Positions 1 to 13,345 are shown, counted from the stretch's first letter. The stretch is DNA of 64,000 nt from Callorhinchus milii (GCF_018977255.1 NW_024704751.1:19654001-19718000); one strand, 5' to 3'. The notes: a model not told the origin generated them from the sequence alone. Translations and numbers: made by a program.

Positions 1-362
1 GGGAGGGTGGGGATGCAGATGGGGGAAGAGAGGTTAGCCACCGGGGTCTGAGCCCGGGGTGGCTTGCCGTGGTAATGGGGAATGGGGCAGTCGATGTATA
101 GCCCGGATGAGCTCGGCAGAGGATTCCCAGGCTGGAACAGAGGGAGGCAGTGCGGGGGGTTAAGCAGAGATAGGAGGCAGGGAGGGCGGAGGGAGAGCAG
201 GACAGAGTGGGAGAGTTGCAGGGAGGGGGACATTTTGAGGGAGGGCAGCTCGGGTCGGGGGCGGTAGCCAAGATGCGCACTCTGAGACGAGAGGCGGTGG
301 ATTAGTGGGACATTATCAGCCTGGAGGAGGCTGTGGGAGCTGGAGGTGACGCAGAGGGGGGT

Positions 363-811
363 NNNNNNNNNNNNNNNNNNNNNNNNNNNNNNNNNNNNNN
401 NNNNNNNNNNNNNNNNNNNNNNNNNNNNNNNNNNNNNNNNNNNNNNNNNNNNNNNNNNNNNNNNNNNNNNNNNNNNNNNNNNNNNNNNNNNNNNNNNNNN
501 NNNNNNNNNNNNNNNNNNNNNNNNNNNNNNNNNNNNNNNNNNNNNNNNNNNNNNNNNNNNNNNNNNNNNNNNNNNNNNNNNNNNNNNNNNNNNNNNNNNN
601 NNNNNNNNNNNNNNNNNNNNNNNNNNNNNNNNNNNNNNNNNNNNNNNNNNNNNNNNNNNNNNNNNNNNNNNNNNNNNNNNNNNNNNNNNNNNNNNNNNNN
701 NNNNNNNNNNNNNNNNNNNNNNNNNNNNNNNNNNNNNNNNNNNNNNNNNNNNNNNNNNNNNNNNNNNNNNNNNNNNNNNNNNNNNNNNNNNNNNNNNNNN
801 NNNNNNNNNNN
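363..811. other. Assembly gap (449 N)
   Basis: Run of N from 363 to 811; the ORFs crossing it are artefacts. Confidence 0.99.
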
Positions 812-1829
812 CTGTACTGTCGCTGCCACCAGGGATTCAAACCTGATGTGCGGAAGTGACGTCACACAGAATGGCGGGAAATAGCTGGAAATGCAAAACG
901 ACGGCTCCCCCTGACCAGAAAATGGCCGCCACTCGATCCCCGAGACACCCGCTCCACCTCAGGGTCCCGAGACCCCGGTCCCCGAGACACCCGCCCCAAC
1001 TCAGGATCCCCGAGATCCCGGTCCAACCTACAGCTGTCTGCCAGTCCCCGCCTCTTGCTATGGTCGGCCTGGGACCCCGGCCCCCACTCAGGCTATGGCT
1101 GGCCTGGGACCCCGACCCCACTCTGGCTATGGTCGGCCTCGGACCCCGGCCCCACACTCGGGCTAAGCCATTGATTGGGATAAAGTTTCTGTGATGGATG
1201 TGAACGGAGTAGTTGCAATAATAATACCTGTTTTTGATAATAACTGTCCAATTTTCTGCTTCCTATCCTTCCGCCACTTTTCTATCCCAAACCATCACTT
1301 TTCCTGCCATAATCTGTGCGTCTCGAGTTTCTTCACTTGCCCTCTCTCCGCATCTTCTGGAAACCCAAATACATGACATCCAGAGCGTTGCCTTCATCTA
1401 CGCTTTCAGTTACTACCTCGAAGGACTTGATCAAGTTAGGCCCCGGCCCTCGCTCTGGCCACCGCCGGTCCCGACCCGATCCGCGGGAGACAGAGACCGT
1501 GATCCCCGCCGCTGCCTGACGTCGCTTCTGTGAGTCCCGCTCAGTTTACACGTGTTTTCGAGGCTCTGCCGCTCGCGACTGATCAGCGACAGCCTTCCCG
1601 TTGAGCCTTTCACCCAGAGCGTCATCCCCTCCCCGAACCCTCCCGTTGCCTCCGCCAATTCCCTGCCCGGGATCTGAGGCTGGAATCCCGGTTGCCCTGA
1701 GCCTCTCTCTGCAGTTGGTCCGGACGCAGCCCAGACAACGAACATCTCCCGCGGTGACATGCCCCACACAGGGAGGGAGATGACCTGTCAGGTGGCCCTG
1801 GATCTCCACCTATACCCATTCTACTCTTT

Positions 1830-2410
1830 GGCTCTCGTCAACGTCTTAAATCACACGGTTCTCACCTCCTCCACCTACCCGACCTCCCCCTAAAACTCTC
1901 CGAAACCGTATGGAATCCAGGCATCAAGTTCAACCCCCAATTATCCTTCCTGCCCCACATCTGGTCCCTCACCTGCACCGCCTTCTACCACCTCTGACGC
2001 ATCGCCCGTCTCCGCCAATACCTCACCCCAAAAGCCGCCAAAACTCTAGTCCAAGCCTTTGCTGGACTATTCAAATGCCCTCTTCACCGGTCTCCGCTCC
2101 ACTACCATCCATAAAATCCAGGTCATCCAGAACTCTGCCGCCCGCATTTGCCCACAAATATACAGGCAATTCACTCTACAACACATTCTGTGAAGTGTTT
2201 TGAGACATCGAGAAGACGTGAAAAGTGTTATATCAAATGCAAGGAGTCCTCTGCACCCGCCTACCTCTCTGACCTCCTCTCCACTCACAACAATACCCGT
2301 GGCCTTCACTCCACCAGGTCTGGCCTCGTCCCCCGAATCCTCCGTTGCACCACTGGCAGCTGTGCCTTCAGCTACTGCTCTCCGAGGCTCTGGTACTGCC
2401 TTCTGGAATC
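1830..2410 (+). mobile_element. L2-type LINE 3' fragment interrupted by a SINE tail
   Basis: Near-identical to the L2 segment at 5895-6430 (ctcacctcctccacctacccgacctcccc...); a SINE tail fragment is inserted at about 2145-2245. Confidence 0.75.
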
Positions 2411-2779
2411 TACTTTCAGTTTCACTTTACACAATTTGACGTACAAGAAAGTTCATTATGCATCACATTGCTCCTCCTTCCAGCTCCATTTCAGATGCTG
2501 CCACTTTCAGCAGAAAGAATGAACTGGATTTTTATTGATTCTTATCATGGCAAAAACTTCTTTAAGCTTCTCACAATAAAATTCCTGAATCATGGAATGT
2601 TATAGCACATTCTATATTCAAAACTCACTGGCTGACCATTCAGTTACCATAATTGTGTCTACCTTTCTGAAGAAGATTGCCACATCAACTTCCCTACCTG
2701 GTTCCATTTTCATATTCTCACCTCCTCATTCATGTCAAAATGTCTCAGTGCGGCCAACGACAACAAATTGCATTTGAGT

Positions 2780-3760
2780 AGTGTCTTTCACCTCAGGAGG
2801 ATGTCCTAAATCGCTGAACAGTCAAGGGTTTGCACCCGAGCGCTGGGGATTGAAATCAAGAAGGGTGGAGGGCAAGGTGGGTGGGAGGCTGACTGAAGGC
2901 ATGGTCAAAGAGGAAGGTCTTGAGACGAGCCTTGAAGGAGGCAATTTAAGGGGTGAGGTGGGGGGATTCGGGGATGGAGTTCCAGAGGGTGGGAGCAGAA
3001 TGGCTGAACGCCCAACCACCGATGGTGGGGCAGGCTGGTGGGGGATGTGGAGTAGACCAGTGCCCGCCGAGCGGAGTGAACAGGAAGGTTGCTAAAGTGT
3101 TAGTAGGTCGTGGAGGACAAGAGGAGGAAGATGGTGGAGGGCTTTGAAAGTAAGGACAAGGATCTTAAATGCAATCCTCTGGGGAAACGTGAAGCCGGGC
3201 GAAGATGGGGTTAATCGGCTTCCAGAGCTTCGTATGGGAGAGAACACAAACTGCAGAATTCTGAATAATCTGCAGTTTGTGGATGTAAGAGTTAGAAATT
3301 CCAGTGAGCAGGGAGACAGCGTAGTCAAGCCTGGACATAACGGAAACATGAATAAGGGTATTGGTAACCTGAGGGGACAGGTAGGGAGGGAGGTGACCAC
3401 CGCTGACTCACCTGGGACCTGACACCAAACTTCCCTACCGGTTGACTTAGTCATAGATGACCTAAAGCAATGATCAAAGAGTTAGGTCCTCAGGTGCCTT
3501 GATCGAGGAGAGATGAAGCAAGTTAGTTGGAGGGACTCTGGGAAAGGAGCTTCAGAGAGTGGGGGCAAAATGGTGACGGTGGGGGTGCGGGACATGAAGG
3601 AAGCCGGTGTTTGCTGGCCATAGGCAATGACCGAGTTGGGAGGTCGTAGAGAGGAGTTTATCATTGGGGAAAGAGACAGTTTTGCTATGAGGGTCGGGTC
3701 CAAATCCAGCACCTTGGGACGTCCTCCTGACGTGAAAGGCACAATACAAATGTAATTTTG
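2780..3760 (-). mobile_element. Degraded L2-type LINE 3' fragments
   Basis: Minus-strand translation includes RIAFKILVLTFKALH (the L2 ORF2 C-terminal motif); L2-like tail ttgggacgtcctcc..gtgaaaggc. Confidence 0.65.
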
Positions 3761-4845
3761 TATTTGAAGGTAAAAGTAGATCTTCCAAAGAGCTGGCACA
3801 CGCACGATGGGTTGAATGGCCTTCTCTGCTGTAATATTCTATGATTCTAAATGATGCGATTCTATCGACAGGACTTTCAACCCAATCTCTGCTTTTTTCA
3901 CACCTTTCAGTTGCCAAGTATCTCTCAAACTTCTTTTCAAACTGAAAAAATATTTTCTGTTCTCACTTTTAACAACTCTAATTTTAAGAGTATGTGTATG
4001 TTTTGGATCCCCAGAAGAATTATCCAGTATCTAGTTTGTCCATTCTTTTCATTAATTTATACACGATCCCTGAATCAAATTATCCTATATATTTCTTAAC
4101 TCCAGGGAATGTAAAGTAACCACTCATCAGTCAAACCCTTTTATCCCATCTTTAATCCACTGAAGTCGCTGAAACCCCTCCAAGATTAGTATATCTCTCC
4201 TAAGATTTGATGCGCAAAATAGTACAAAGCACTCCAAATAAGGTCTCACCAGCACTTTATATAATTTAGCCGTTATGTATGTTTTGCACCTCAAAAACTG
4301 GTTTCAATTTCCTTTTTTTGTTCATAATATAATAAAAATCCTTGCATTTGGTATAGTGCTTTTTATGTCTTCTAGACATTTCACAGAATAAACTGTACAG
4401 TGAATTGACTGTACATTTTTTGAGTGAAACCATTCTGCAGAGATCTCAGCTTGGCTCAGTGATAGCGCTCCTGTCTTCGAGTCAGGTTGTGGGTCCAATT
4501 TCCACATCTGGACTTGAACTCACATGGTCTGAGATGACACTCCAATGAAGTACTGGGGAGCGCTACATTGTCGGAGGTGATGAGACAGTAAACCGAGGTC
4601 CCGCCTGCCTGTTCAAGTGGATGTTAAAGATCACCATTTGAAAAGTGAAGGGAGTTTCTCTCTCCCGGTGTCCTGGTCAACAATCTATCAAATAAAAATT
4701 AGTCATTAATTTTATGGCTGTATGTGGGACATTGATGTGCACAATTGTACTGCTCTGTTTGCCTACAAATACACAGTCACTTCATTTCATAGTAAATCCT
4801 ATGAAGTGTTTTTGAGACTTGATAAGGCGCTATACAAAACGCAAG

Positions 4846-5490
4846 GTTTAGTGTGGTCTTCCTCATTCTTCTGTGGCTCATCGAAAAATGCGGCCGAACC
4901 AAATCGACAGAACCAAATCTGCAGAACTGCCAAACCCAGACCGAGACCCTGTGCTCTTTGAAATCATAAAGAAACAAATGATTCACGGCCCATGTGGACA
5001 ATTCACCAGAAAATCTCCGTGCGTGAAAGATGGCTCCTGCCAATGCAATATCCAAGATGCTTCATACAGGAGACCCAAACAGGTCATGATGGGTATCCTT
5101 TGCACAGGCGGAGGTCAACTGGAGGTGGTGGATCCCATGCAGGACTGACAAACATCTGGTGGAAGTAGACAACCATTAATCCCTATCACTTTCGGCTCTT
5201 CAACGCTCACATCAATGTTGAGTTTTGCAACTCTATTAAGAGCATCAAATATGCGTGCAAATATGTGAACAGGGGATGTGACATGGCTGTGTTTGGACTC
5301 AGTAGCGGGAGGAAGCCCGAAGAGACGAGATAACATACTACCAGATGGGCCAATATGTGAACACCAATGAAGCAATCTGGAGAAATTTGGGCTTCCACAT
5401 ACACGATCGATATCCAGTGGTCCAACACCTTCAAGTTCACCTTGAAAATGGCCAAAGGGTGTTTTTTTACAGAAGCAAATGTTCAGGAAC
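4846..5490 (+). mobile_element. Helitron Rep/helicase fragment (frameshifted, dead)
   Basis: Across frames: SAELPNPDRDPVLFEIIKKQMIHGPCG, SPCVKDGSC, FNAHINVEFCNSIKSIKYACKYVNRG, EAIWR..GFHIHDRYPVVQHLQVHLENGQRVFF. These are characteristic Helitron Rep-domain motifs. Confidence 0.88.
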
Positions 5491-5659
5491 TTTAACTTGA
5501 AATTGATTGCAAGAACCTCACACTCACCTACAAATCACGTCAAGCCCGGAGCATCTCTCTACTTCTGCGACCTGCTCAGATCCCACTCTCCCCATCCTCT
5601 TCACTCAGGCAGCTTGGGTCTTCTACACATCCCACATCTCCTCTGTTCCACCAACGACG

Positions 5660-6590
5660 GCTGTGTTTTCCCTCTTGGGGATGTCATCCGCAGACATGGG
5701 GTACATTTCCACATGTACGCGGATGACGCCCAACTCTATTTTTCCACCTCTCTTTGCGACCCCCAGTCCCCTGATGTTCTGTTAGCTGCCTGTGAGATCT
5801 CAGGGGTTGAATGAGTGCAAATTACCTTCAGATGAACGTTGACAAGACGGATGCCATACACTTTGGCTCTCGTCAAAGTCTAAAATCTCATGTTTCTCAC
5901 CTCCTCCACCTACCCGACCTCCCCCCAAAACTCTCCGAACCCGCACGCAACTTAGGAGTCAGGTTCAACCCCCAATTATCTTTCCTCCCCCACATCCGGT
6001 CCCTCACCAGTACCGCTTTCTTCCACCTCCGACGCATCGCCTGTTTCTGCCAATACCTCTCTCCGAAAGCCGTTGAAACCCTGGTCCATTCCTTTGTCAT
6101 CTCTCGGCTGGACTACTCTAACGCCCTCCTCGCCGGTCTCCCCTCCACTACCATCCATAAAATCCAAATGATTCAAAACTCTGCCACCCGCATTCTTACC
6201 CGCACCAAACTCCGCTCCCCGATTACCCCAGTTCTTGCCAGACTGCACTGGCTGCCTGTCCCGGAGAGGATTGACTTCAAGATCCTCACCCTTGTCTTCA
6301 AATCCCTCCTCTGCACCTCCCTACCTCTCTGACCTCCTCTCTCCTCAAAACAGTACCCGTTGCCTTCGTTCCTCCGGGTCTGGCCTCTTCCTCCCTCCAA
6401 TCCTCCGCTCCATCCTCGGCGGCTATGCCTTCAGCTAATATGCCCCGAGGCTCAGGAACCCCCTTCCTCACTCCCTCTTTTCCTATTTTCAGGTCTCTGC
6501 TGAAAATCTTTCTCTTTGACCGCGCCTTTGGTCACTTTCCTCCCCCTCCCCCTGGCTCAGCCCCGGGATCCGTTATTGTGAAGCGCTCAA
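5660..6590 (+). mobile_element. L2-type LINE, 3' part of ORF2 (reverse transcriptase)
   Basis: HGVHFHMYADDAQLY (YADD catalytic motif), then NYLQMNVDKT...[14 protein letters not shown]...[15 protein letters not shown]; frameshifts present. Confidence 0.92.
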
Positions 6591-7670
6591 ACCACAGCTT
6601 GGTTTTATACCCACTTGCTTGTTTAATCCTTCCTAACCATCTGATCTATCTCAGATACCACCTTCTTGCTTTTATCTTTTCATCCCACAAAAAGTAACAA
6701 AAGGTTCCTTCTACCTCTGACCACATGTTGACCTCAACAGTAAAAACATGGATTTTGATAAGCAAAGGCAGCTTTGCATTAAAAAACAGTGACCTGAAAT
6801 AAGAAAGCTCAACTTTCTCCAATTACTAACCTCAAGGTTAGCCCATTATCACATACCAGCGCCTCTTTATTGTTCTACCTCTCACCCAAGCCATCTTGTG
6901 GTGCATCCCATCTCCTCATTAATGTGTCCAACCAAGCGAGGAAAGGACAACAAACATCCAGCAGGTCCACCCCGAGAAATACCTTAAAATTATCAATACA
7001 ACCTCACTTGAAAGCATAGCATTACCAGGCACAGCAAAGACATTAGGCAAGAAAAGAGAGACATGATTCATTTCTAGTAAGGTTAAAAGAGTACAATCAT
7101 CAGCAAAAATTTCACTTAAAAGCACAGTACTACAAATATTTAATAATTTCCATTTCAGGTGAAATACATAGCAATATACATTCATGGGTGCCATATGTCC
7201 TCAGGCAGTGTGTGTGTTCCTTCATTCAGCAGAGCATAGCATTCTGTGATCTGTAACATTTGTATAACTCATGCTCATTACTTGAAGAGGGTACAACTCC
7301 AGATAAGAAAATGGACAAAGTATGATCCAACAATCTCTGTTAAAACAAGTACAAAATGTAATCAAATCATTATATCAGGAGTCTCCACCTGGTCGATCGC
7401 TGGTGGGTGGTGTCTTGCGCACGCGCAAGGAAAACAAGAGGCAGGAGTGACATTAACCACAGTTTAAACATTAAAGTTTATGTTTTGTATATTGAGATGC
7501 ATGAAATGCTTTGTGCATCTGCTTCGTTTTCAATTGGCCTCAATATCTTCGCAGGTCTATCGCTCCTTCCTCTTGTCTTTTTGGTCATGTGCGAGAGCGC
7601 CACCGCATGGGGATCGACCAGAGGATTATTATTATTATTATTATTAATTTAACCCAGGCTTGTCCAACCT

Positions 7671-7722
7671 TGGCTGCTGATGGCAAATTGGCTGCTGATG
7701 GCAAATTGGCTGCTGATGGCAA
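7671..7722. repeat. 18-bp tandem repeat (ttggctgctgatggcaaa) x3
   Basis: Three direct copies visible, giving LAADGK x3 in the ORF track. Confidence 0.9.
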
Positions 7723-7789
7723 GGTGCCGGAGTTTTGTAATGTCCGAAATCCACATTAGCCACATTTTTGTGTTTCGGTTGCAGAAACA

Positions 7790-10030
7790 TTCTGTTGCAG
7801 AAAAATAGACTGGAGAATCAGATTATGAGGTAAAAATGTAGACTAACAGTGGCAAATATTTAAGGATGTAGTACATAATTCGAAGCGGTCGCATATTCCA
7901 TTGCAGAATAAGAGTACCAGAGGGAAAGCAATTCATCCGTGGCTAACTGGAGCATCAAAGCATCAGTTACGGAAAGCATCAAATTAAAAGAAAAAGCTTA
8001 TAAATCTGCCAAGAAAAGAAGCAAATCTGAAGATTGGGAGAGTTTTAGAAATCAGCAAAAAAAAACTAAAAAACTCATTAAGAGCGAGAAAAAGGAGTAT
8101 GAGGGTAAGCGAGCGAGGAACATTAAGTCAGATTGTAAAAGTTTTTACAAATACATTAGGAGGAATAGGCTGTGAGGGTAAATGTAGGTCCACTTCAGTC
8201 AGAGATGGGAGAAGTTGTAATGGGGGACACGGACATGGCAGAGTCCCTAAATAGGTACTTTGCATCTGTCTTCACCCGAGAAGACACAACCAGTCTGTCA
8301 ACAATAGAGATGCGCCAAAGGGATAAGGACAGGGAGCAACTTAGGGAAATTTTCATTACTAGAGAATTGGTGCTCGGGAAACTGTTAGCACTAAAAACTG
8401 ACAAATCCCCTGGTCCGGATGTTTTGCATCCAGAGTTTTAAAAGAGGAGCTTATGAGATAGTGGAGGCCTCATGTCTGATCTTCCAAAATTCCTTGGATT
8501 CTGGAACAGTCCCCATGGATTGGAAGATCGCAAATGTCACACCACTATTTAAAAAAGGTGGAAAGGAAAAGATGGGGAACCATAGGCCACTTAGTCTCAC
8601 ATCAGTGATAGGAAAAATTTTAGAATCGTTGATTAAGGATGTGGTAGTGCGGTATTTAGGGCACAATATAATTAGGCCAAGTCAACATGGCTTTACAAAA
8701 GGGATTTTTGAGAATATTTCCAGTAAACGAGATAAGGGTGAATCAGTGGATGGCTTTACAAAAGGGAAGTCATGTTTGACAAATCTCATAGAGTTTTTGA
8801 GGATATTTCGAGTAAACTCGATAAGGGTCAATCAGTGGATATGGTCTATTTGGAACTTCCAGAAGGCATTCGATAAGGTGTCGCATAAAAGGTTAGTCCA
8901 AAAGATAGGGTCCCACAGAATTGGAGGGAGCATATTAACATGGATTGGGGAATGGTTAATGGGAAGGAAACAAAGAGTGGGTATAAACGGGTCCTTTTCA
9001 GATTGGCGGGATGTGACTAGTGGAGTGTCACAAGGATCAGTCCTTGGGTCTCAGCTATTTACCATCTACATCAACGATCGAGATGAGGACATCGAAGTTA
9101 ATATATCTAAATTCGCGGATGACTCAAAACTAAGAGGAAGTGTCAACACAGAGGACGACATTAAAAAAATGCAGCGAGACATAGATAGGTTAGGTGATTG
9201 GGCAGGGAGGTGGCAGATGAAGTATAATGTAGGGAAGTGTGAAGTCATCCACCTCCGTCGCAAAAACAGTAGAGCGGGTTATTTTTTAGAAGGGGAGAGA
9301 TTGGAATGTGTTAGCGTCCAGAGGGACTCGGGTGTCCTTGTACACCAATCACAGAAAGTTAGTCTGCAGGTGCAGCAGCAATTAGGAAGGCAACCGGTAT
9401 GTTAGCATTCATTATGAAAGGATTAGAGTATAAGAGTAGGGAAGTCTTGCTGCAACTGTATAGGGCCCTGTGAGACCACACCTGGGATAGGTGTCCAGTT
9501 TTGGTCTCCTCATTTAAGGAAGGATGTATTTGCCTTGGAGGGGGCGCAGCGTAGATTTACTCGGTTAGTACCAGGGATGAAGGGGATGAGTTACGAGGAT
9601 AGGCTGACCAATTTGGGCCTATATTCTCTGGAATATAGAAGAATTAGAGGGGATCTTATAGAAACCTATAAGATCATCAAAGGGCAATGATAAAGTAGAT
9701 AGTGGGAGATTGTTTCCCCGATTGGAGAAATAAAACCAGGGGTCACAACCTTAAAATCAGAGGCAGCCCTTTCGCACTGAGTTGAGGAAGAACGTCTTCA
9801 CTCAAAGGGCGGTGAATGCATGGAATCCACTACCCCAAAGGGCTGTTGACGCTCAGTCATTGAACACATTCAAGACTGAGATAGACATATTTCTTATTGG
9901 AAACGGGATTAAGGGATATGGGGATAAGGCAGCGTCAGGTTATTAGCTGAAGTTAGATTAGAAGATCAGCCATGATTGAATGGCGGGGCAGGCTCGAAGG
10001 GCCAAATGGCCTACTCCTGCTACTGCATGT
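7790..10030 (+). mobile_element. CR1-type LINE, 5'-truncated, frameshifted ORF2
   Basis: [48 protein letters not shown]; CR1 3' end gggccaaatggcctactcctg followed by a (gttat)-like tail. Confidence 0.95.
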
Positions 10031-10069
10031 TATGATACGTTATGTTATATTAACAATATTTACACAGCG

Positions 10070-10400
10070 CCTTTTTTAACAACAACAACAAAATTACATG
10101 TGTAAAGTGCCTTTCACGTTGGGAGGACGTCCCAAGGCGCTGGACAATCAGTGTTTCGGACCCGAGCTGGGGGTTGGGATTGGGGAGACTGGAGAGCTGG
10201 GGGGAAGGAGGGTGATCGAAAGCATGGTCGAAGAGGAGCATCTTATGCTGGGTCTTGAAGGATGCAAGGGAGGGGGCGAGGCGGGGGGCCTGCAGGATGG
10301 AGTTCCAGGGGGTGGGGGCAGAGTGGCAGGAAGCCTGGCTGCCAATGGTGGGGCAGGCGAGGCGGGGGACGTGAAGTAGGCCGGGGGCCACTGAATGGAG
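10070..10400 (-). mobile_element. L2-type LINE 3' end
   Basis: Minus strand gives APTPWNS..SLASFK..LFDHAF, ending in an L2 tail with (ttg)n. Confidence 0.8.
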
Positions 10401-11039
10401 GGAATGAGCCTGTTGATAGGTGTTAGGAGGAGATGAAGTATGTGGAGATGAAGTTTAAAGTCGGAAGCACGTCTTGAAGTGCTCGATGCTGGCGGCCGGG
10501 CACCTGAGCTGGGAGCCAAGGGAAGTGGGGTGGTGGGTGGGGGCGGGGTGGTCTATTGCTCTCCCAACGGCTCCCGCTCCCTCTAGGTGAGAAATTTACA
10601 TGGCTACATGACAATAACTCATGATATCTCTTCCACACTGATACATTGAAGGATTACTCTTTTTAAAAAAAAGTGTTTTGAGGAATGCCTTTTATTGTCT
10701 TTATGTTGATCAGCAGCCAGAAAATCTGGGTATTGTTTAATCCTCAATGTTTCCCCCTAGATATGAGCATAATAATAATCTTTCCATTTGATATAATGCC
10801 TTATCACATCTTCGAGACGTCCTATAGAGCTTCACAGAATAAACTGTAAAGTGAATTGACTGTATATTTGGTGGGTGAAACCCAGCAGCCAATTGCACAC
10901 AGCAGCGTCCCTCAGACAGTCGCGGATTGAGTGATCAATTTTTTTTAAAGGAATTATTACCCTCAGAAAATGATCCACCAATCGACTAACTGCTGTGTTT
11001 CTACTTACTGCTAAGTAAATGTTGAGTAAGGAAACTTAC

Positions 11040-11862
11040 CCAAAATACCTCTTCCCAAAAGCTGCTGAAACCCTGTCCATGCCTTTGTTACCTCTCGGCT
11101 GGACTACTCTAACGCCCTTCTCGCCGGTCTCCCATCCACTACCATCCATAAAATCCAAATCATTCAAAACTCTGCCGCCCGCATTCTCACCCGCATGAAA
11201 CTCCGCTCCCGATCCCCCAGTCCTGGCCAGACTGCACTGGCTGCCTATTCCAGAGAGGATCGACTTCAAGATCCTCAGCCTTGTATTCAAGTCCCTGCAC
11301 TCCTCTGCACTCCTCGACCGCTCTAACCTCCTCTCTCCTCAGCACAGTACCCATTGCCTTTGCTCCTCCGGGTCTGGCCTCCTCCTCGTCCCCCAAGTCC
11401 TCCGCTCCACCCTCGGTGGCCGTGCCTTCAGCCACTATGCCCCGAGGCTGTGGAACTCCCCTCCTTACTCCCTTCGTCTCGTTCCCTCCCTTCCCATTTT
11501 CAGGTCTCTGTTCAAGACCTTTCTTTTCGACCGCACCTTTGGTCACCTTCCTCCCCCTCCCCCTGGCTCCTCCCCCTCCCCCTGGCTCCTCCCCCTCCCC
11601 CTGGCTCCTCCCCCTCCCCGGGCTCCTCCCCCTCCCCGGGCTCCTCCCCCTCCCCGGGCTCCTCCCCCTCCCCGGGCTCCTCCCCCTCCCCGGGCTCCTC
11701 CCCTCCCCGGCTCCTCCCCCTCCCCTGGCTCCTCCCCTGGTTCCTCCCCCTCCCCTGGTTCCTCCCCCTCCCCCTGGCTCGGCCCCGGGATCCGTTACTG
11801 TGAAACGCTCTGAGACGCCATCCGGCGTGGGGGGGCGCTATATAAAGTTGTTGTTGTTGTTA
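11040..11862 (+). mobile_element. L2-type LINE 3' fragment with expanded internal minisatellite
   Basis: Matches the 6050-6590 L2 sequence and ends in (gtt)n. Confidence 0.85.
11550..11780. repeat. C-rich ~18-bp minisatellite (ctccccctccccgggctc)n
   Basis: About 12 imperfect tandem copies. Confidence 0.9.
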
Positions 11863-12720
11863 TCCAACGTTTCCCCTGCCGGGAATCAAACCCATAAGCT
11901 GTTGCTTGTGAGGCGAGTGCTCTAACCGCTGAGCTGCAAGACTCCACAAGCCAATGTCCACAAATGCGCTATAATATTTGCACAGCTGAATCATTCATTG
12001 CAACGCCAATATGAGAAATCCTCACTTTCACAATGTACCCGACTTCTACTGTACTGGGGAACTGACATTTAAGCTGTTTAGCAGAGATAGGCATTTATTA
12101 GGAAATAAAAGCAAGAGTTGAATACTAAGAATATCAACCTTTTCACTGTCTTTGTAAAGACAGAACTAACAGATCATATAAATATGATAACCAGATCTAA
12201 AAGGGAGTTCAGGACAAATGTCTTACCCAGAGGGCGAAGAGAATATAGAACTTACTGCCAGAAGCTGTGGTTGAAGCAGAAATTTAAGAAACTTGATGTA
12301 CTAGAGAAGGGAATAAAGAGGAATAGGAGGAGTTAGGAGAGGGGGTTAGGAGGGGTGGGGGCTTGTATGGGGTATAAACACTGGCATGGAATAGTTGGGC
12401 CGAATGGCCTCTTTACATGCTGTAAAGTTCTATATAATTTAATTTTATTTGGTTGGAGAATTTTTAAGCCCTGTGGGTGCAAATGTCAGCCTGGCTCAGT
12501 TGGCAGCACTCACGCTTCTGAGTGTGTTTGTGGTTTCAAACCCCAAGTCAGGAATTGAGATTACAGTCAATGCTGACACTTCAGTGCTGTTGGAGGTGCT
12601 GATCTTCGGAAGAGGCATTAAACCGAGATCGTGTCTACGCCTGTCCCGGGATATTAAAGATCCCTTGGTGCTATTTGAGAAGGGAGTTATAGAGACTGTA
12701 CAGAGAACACTGTACAGTAT

Positions 12721-13048
12721 GGAGTCCTGTAGCTCAGTGGTTAGAGCACTCGCTTTGCAAGTGAGAGACCTGAGTTCAATCCCCGGCAGGTCAGGGCGAA
12801 ACCTTGGGCAAGTTTCCTTACTCCACACAGAGCCTAATAATAATCCCTCCAAAACCAAAAACAATAATAAATTGGTCATTTTCAATCCATATGACTGTTT
12901 GTGGGACATTGCTGTGCGCAATTGGCTGCCGCGTTCGCCCACAAATATACAGTCAATTCACTTTACAGTGTGTTCTGTGAAGCGCTTTGGGACGTCCTCC
13001 CGACGTGAAAAGCGCTATATCAAATGCAAGGATTATTATTATTATTAT
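12721..13048 (+). mobile_element. Full-length tRNA-derived SINE (Deu-domain core, L2-like tail)
   Basis: tRNA-like head ggagtcctgtagctcagtggttagagcac...gagttcaatcccc (A/B boxes), core tttgtgggacattgctgtgcgcaattggctgccgcgtt, (att)n tail. It is nested in an older SINE starting near 12485. Confidence 0.9.
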
Positions 13049-13345
13049 ATATAACACAAGCTGAAATTCACAATATAAAATAGTCTATTGTTTATTGGTG
13101 CTTCACAACACAACATTTGTGGATTTATTGTATTTTATGGAGCGAGCAGGAGGGTGGGCAAAGAGAAGACAGCTCATGTGAAGGATAACCCCAGTGAGGC
13201 ATTAATGGCTGAATGGCCTGTCCGAGTGCTGTATTATTCTGAGATTCAATTCCTCAGTGCCTGATGAATGTTGTTCCAGAATCCGAACATGAACACAAAG
13301 TTTCTCGAAGCTCCGAATGAGTTTCCAAATCTTCCTTTTCAGGAA

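Noticed and set aside
302-884. Long ORFs at the window start
   Set aside because: They are made of N codons spanning the assembly gap.
8419-9405. 328-aa ORF as a host gene or an active reverse transcriptase
   Set aside because: It is part of a 5'-truncated CR1 with frameshifts and an internal duplication at about 8688-8840.
11281-11925. Proline-rich 214-aa ORF
   Set aside because: Translation of a C-rich minisatellite inside an L2 3' end.
12721-12792. tRNA-Ala(TGC)-like gene
   Set aside because: It continues directly into a SINE body and tail and recurs many times; it is a SINE head with an imperfect acceptor stem.
1-13000. ZC3H12A, the neighbour expected from human synteny
   Set aside because: No NYN/PIN RNase or CCCH-like exons recognised; the region is mostly LINE, SINE and Helitron debris.
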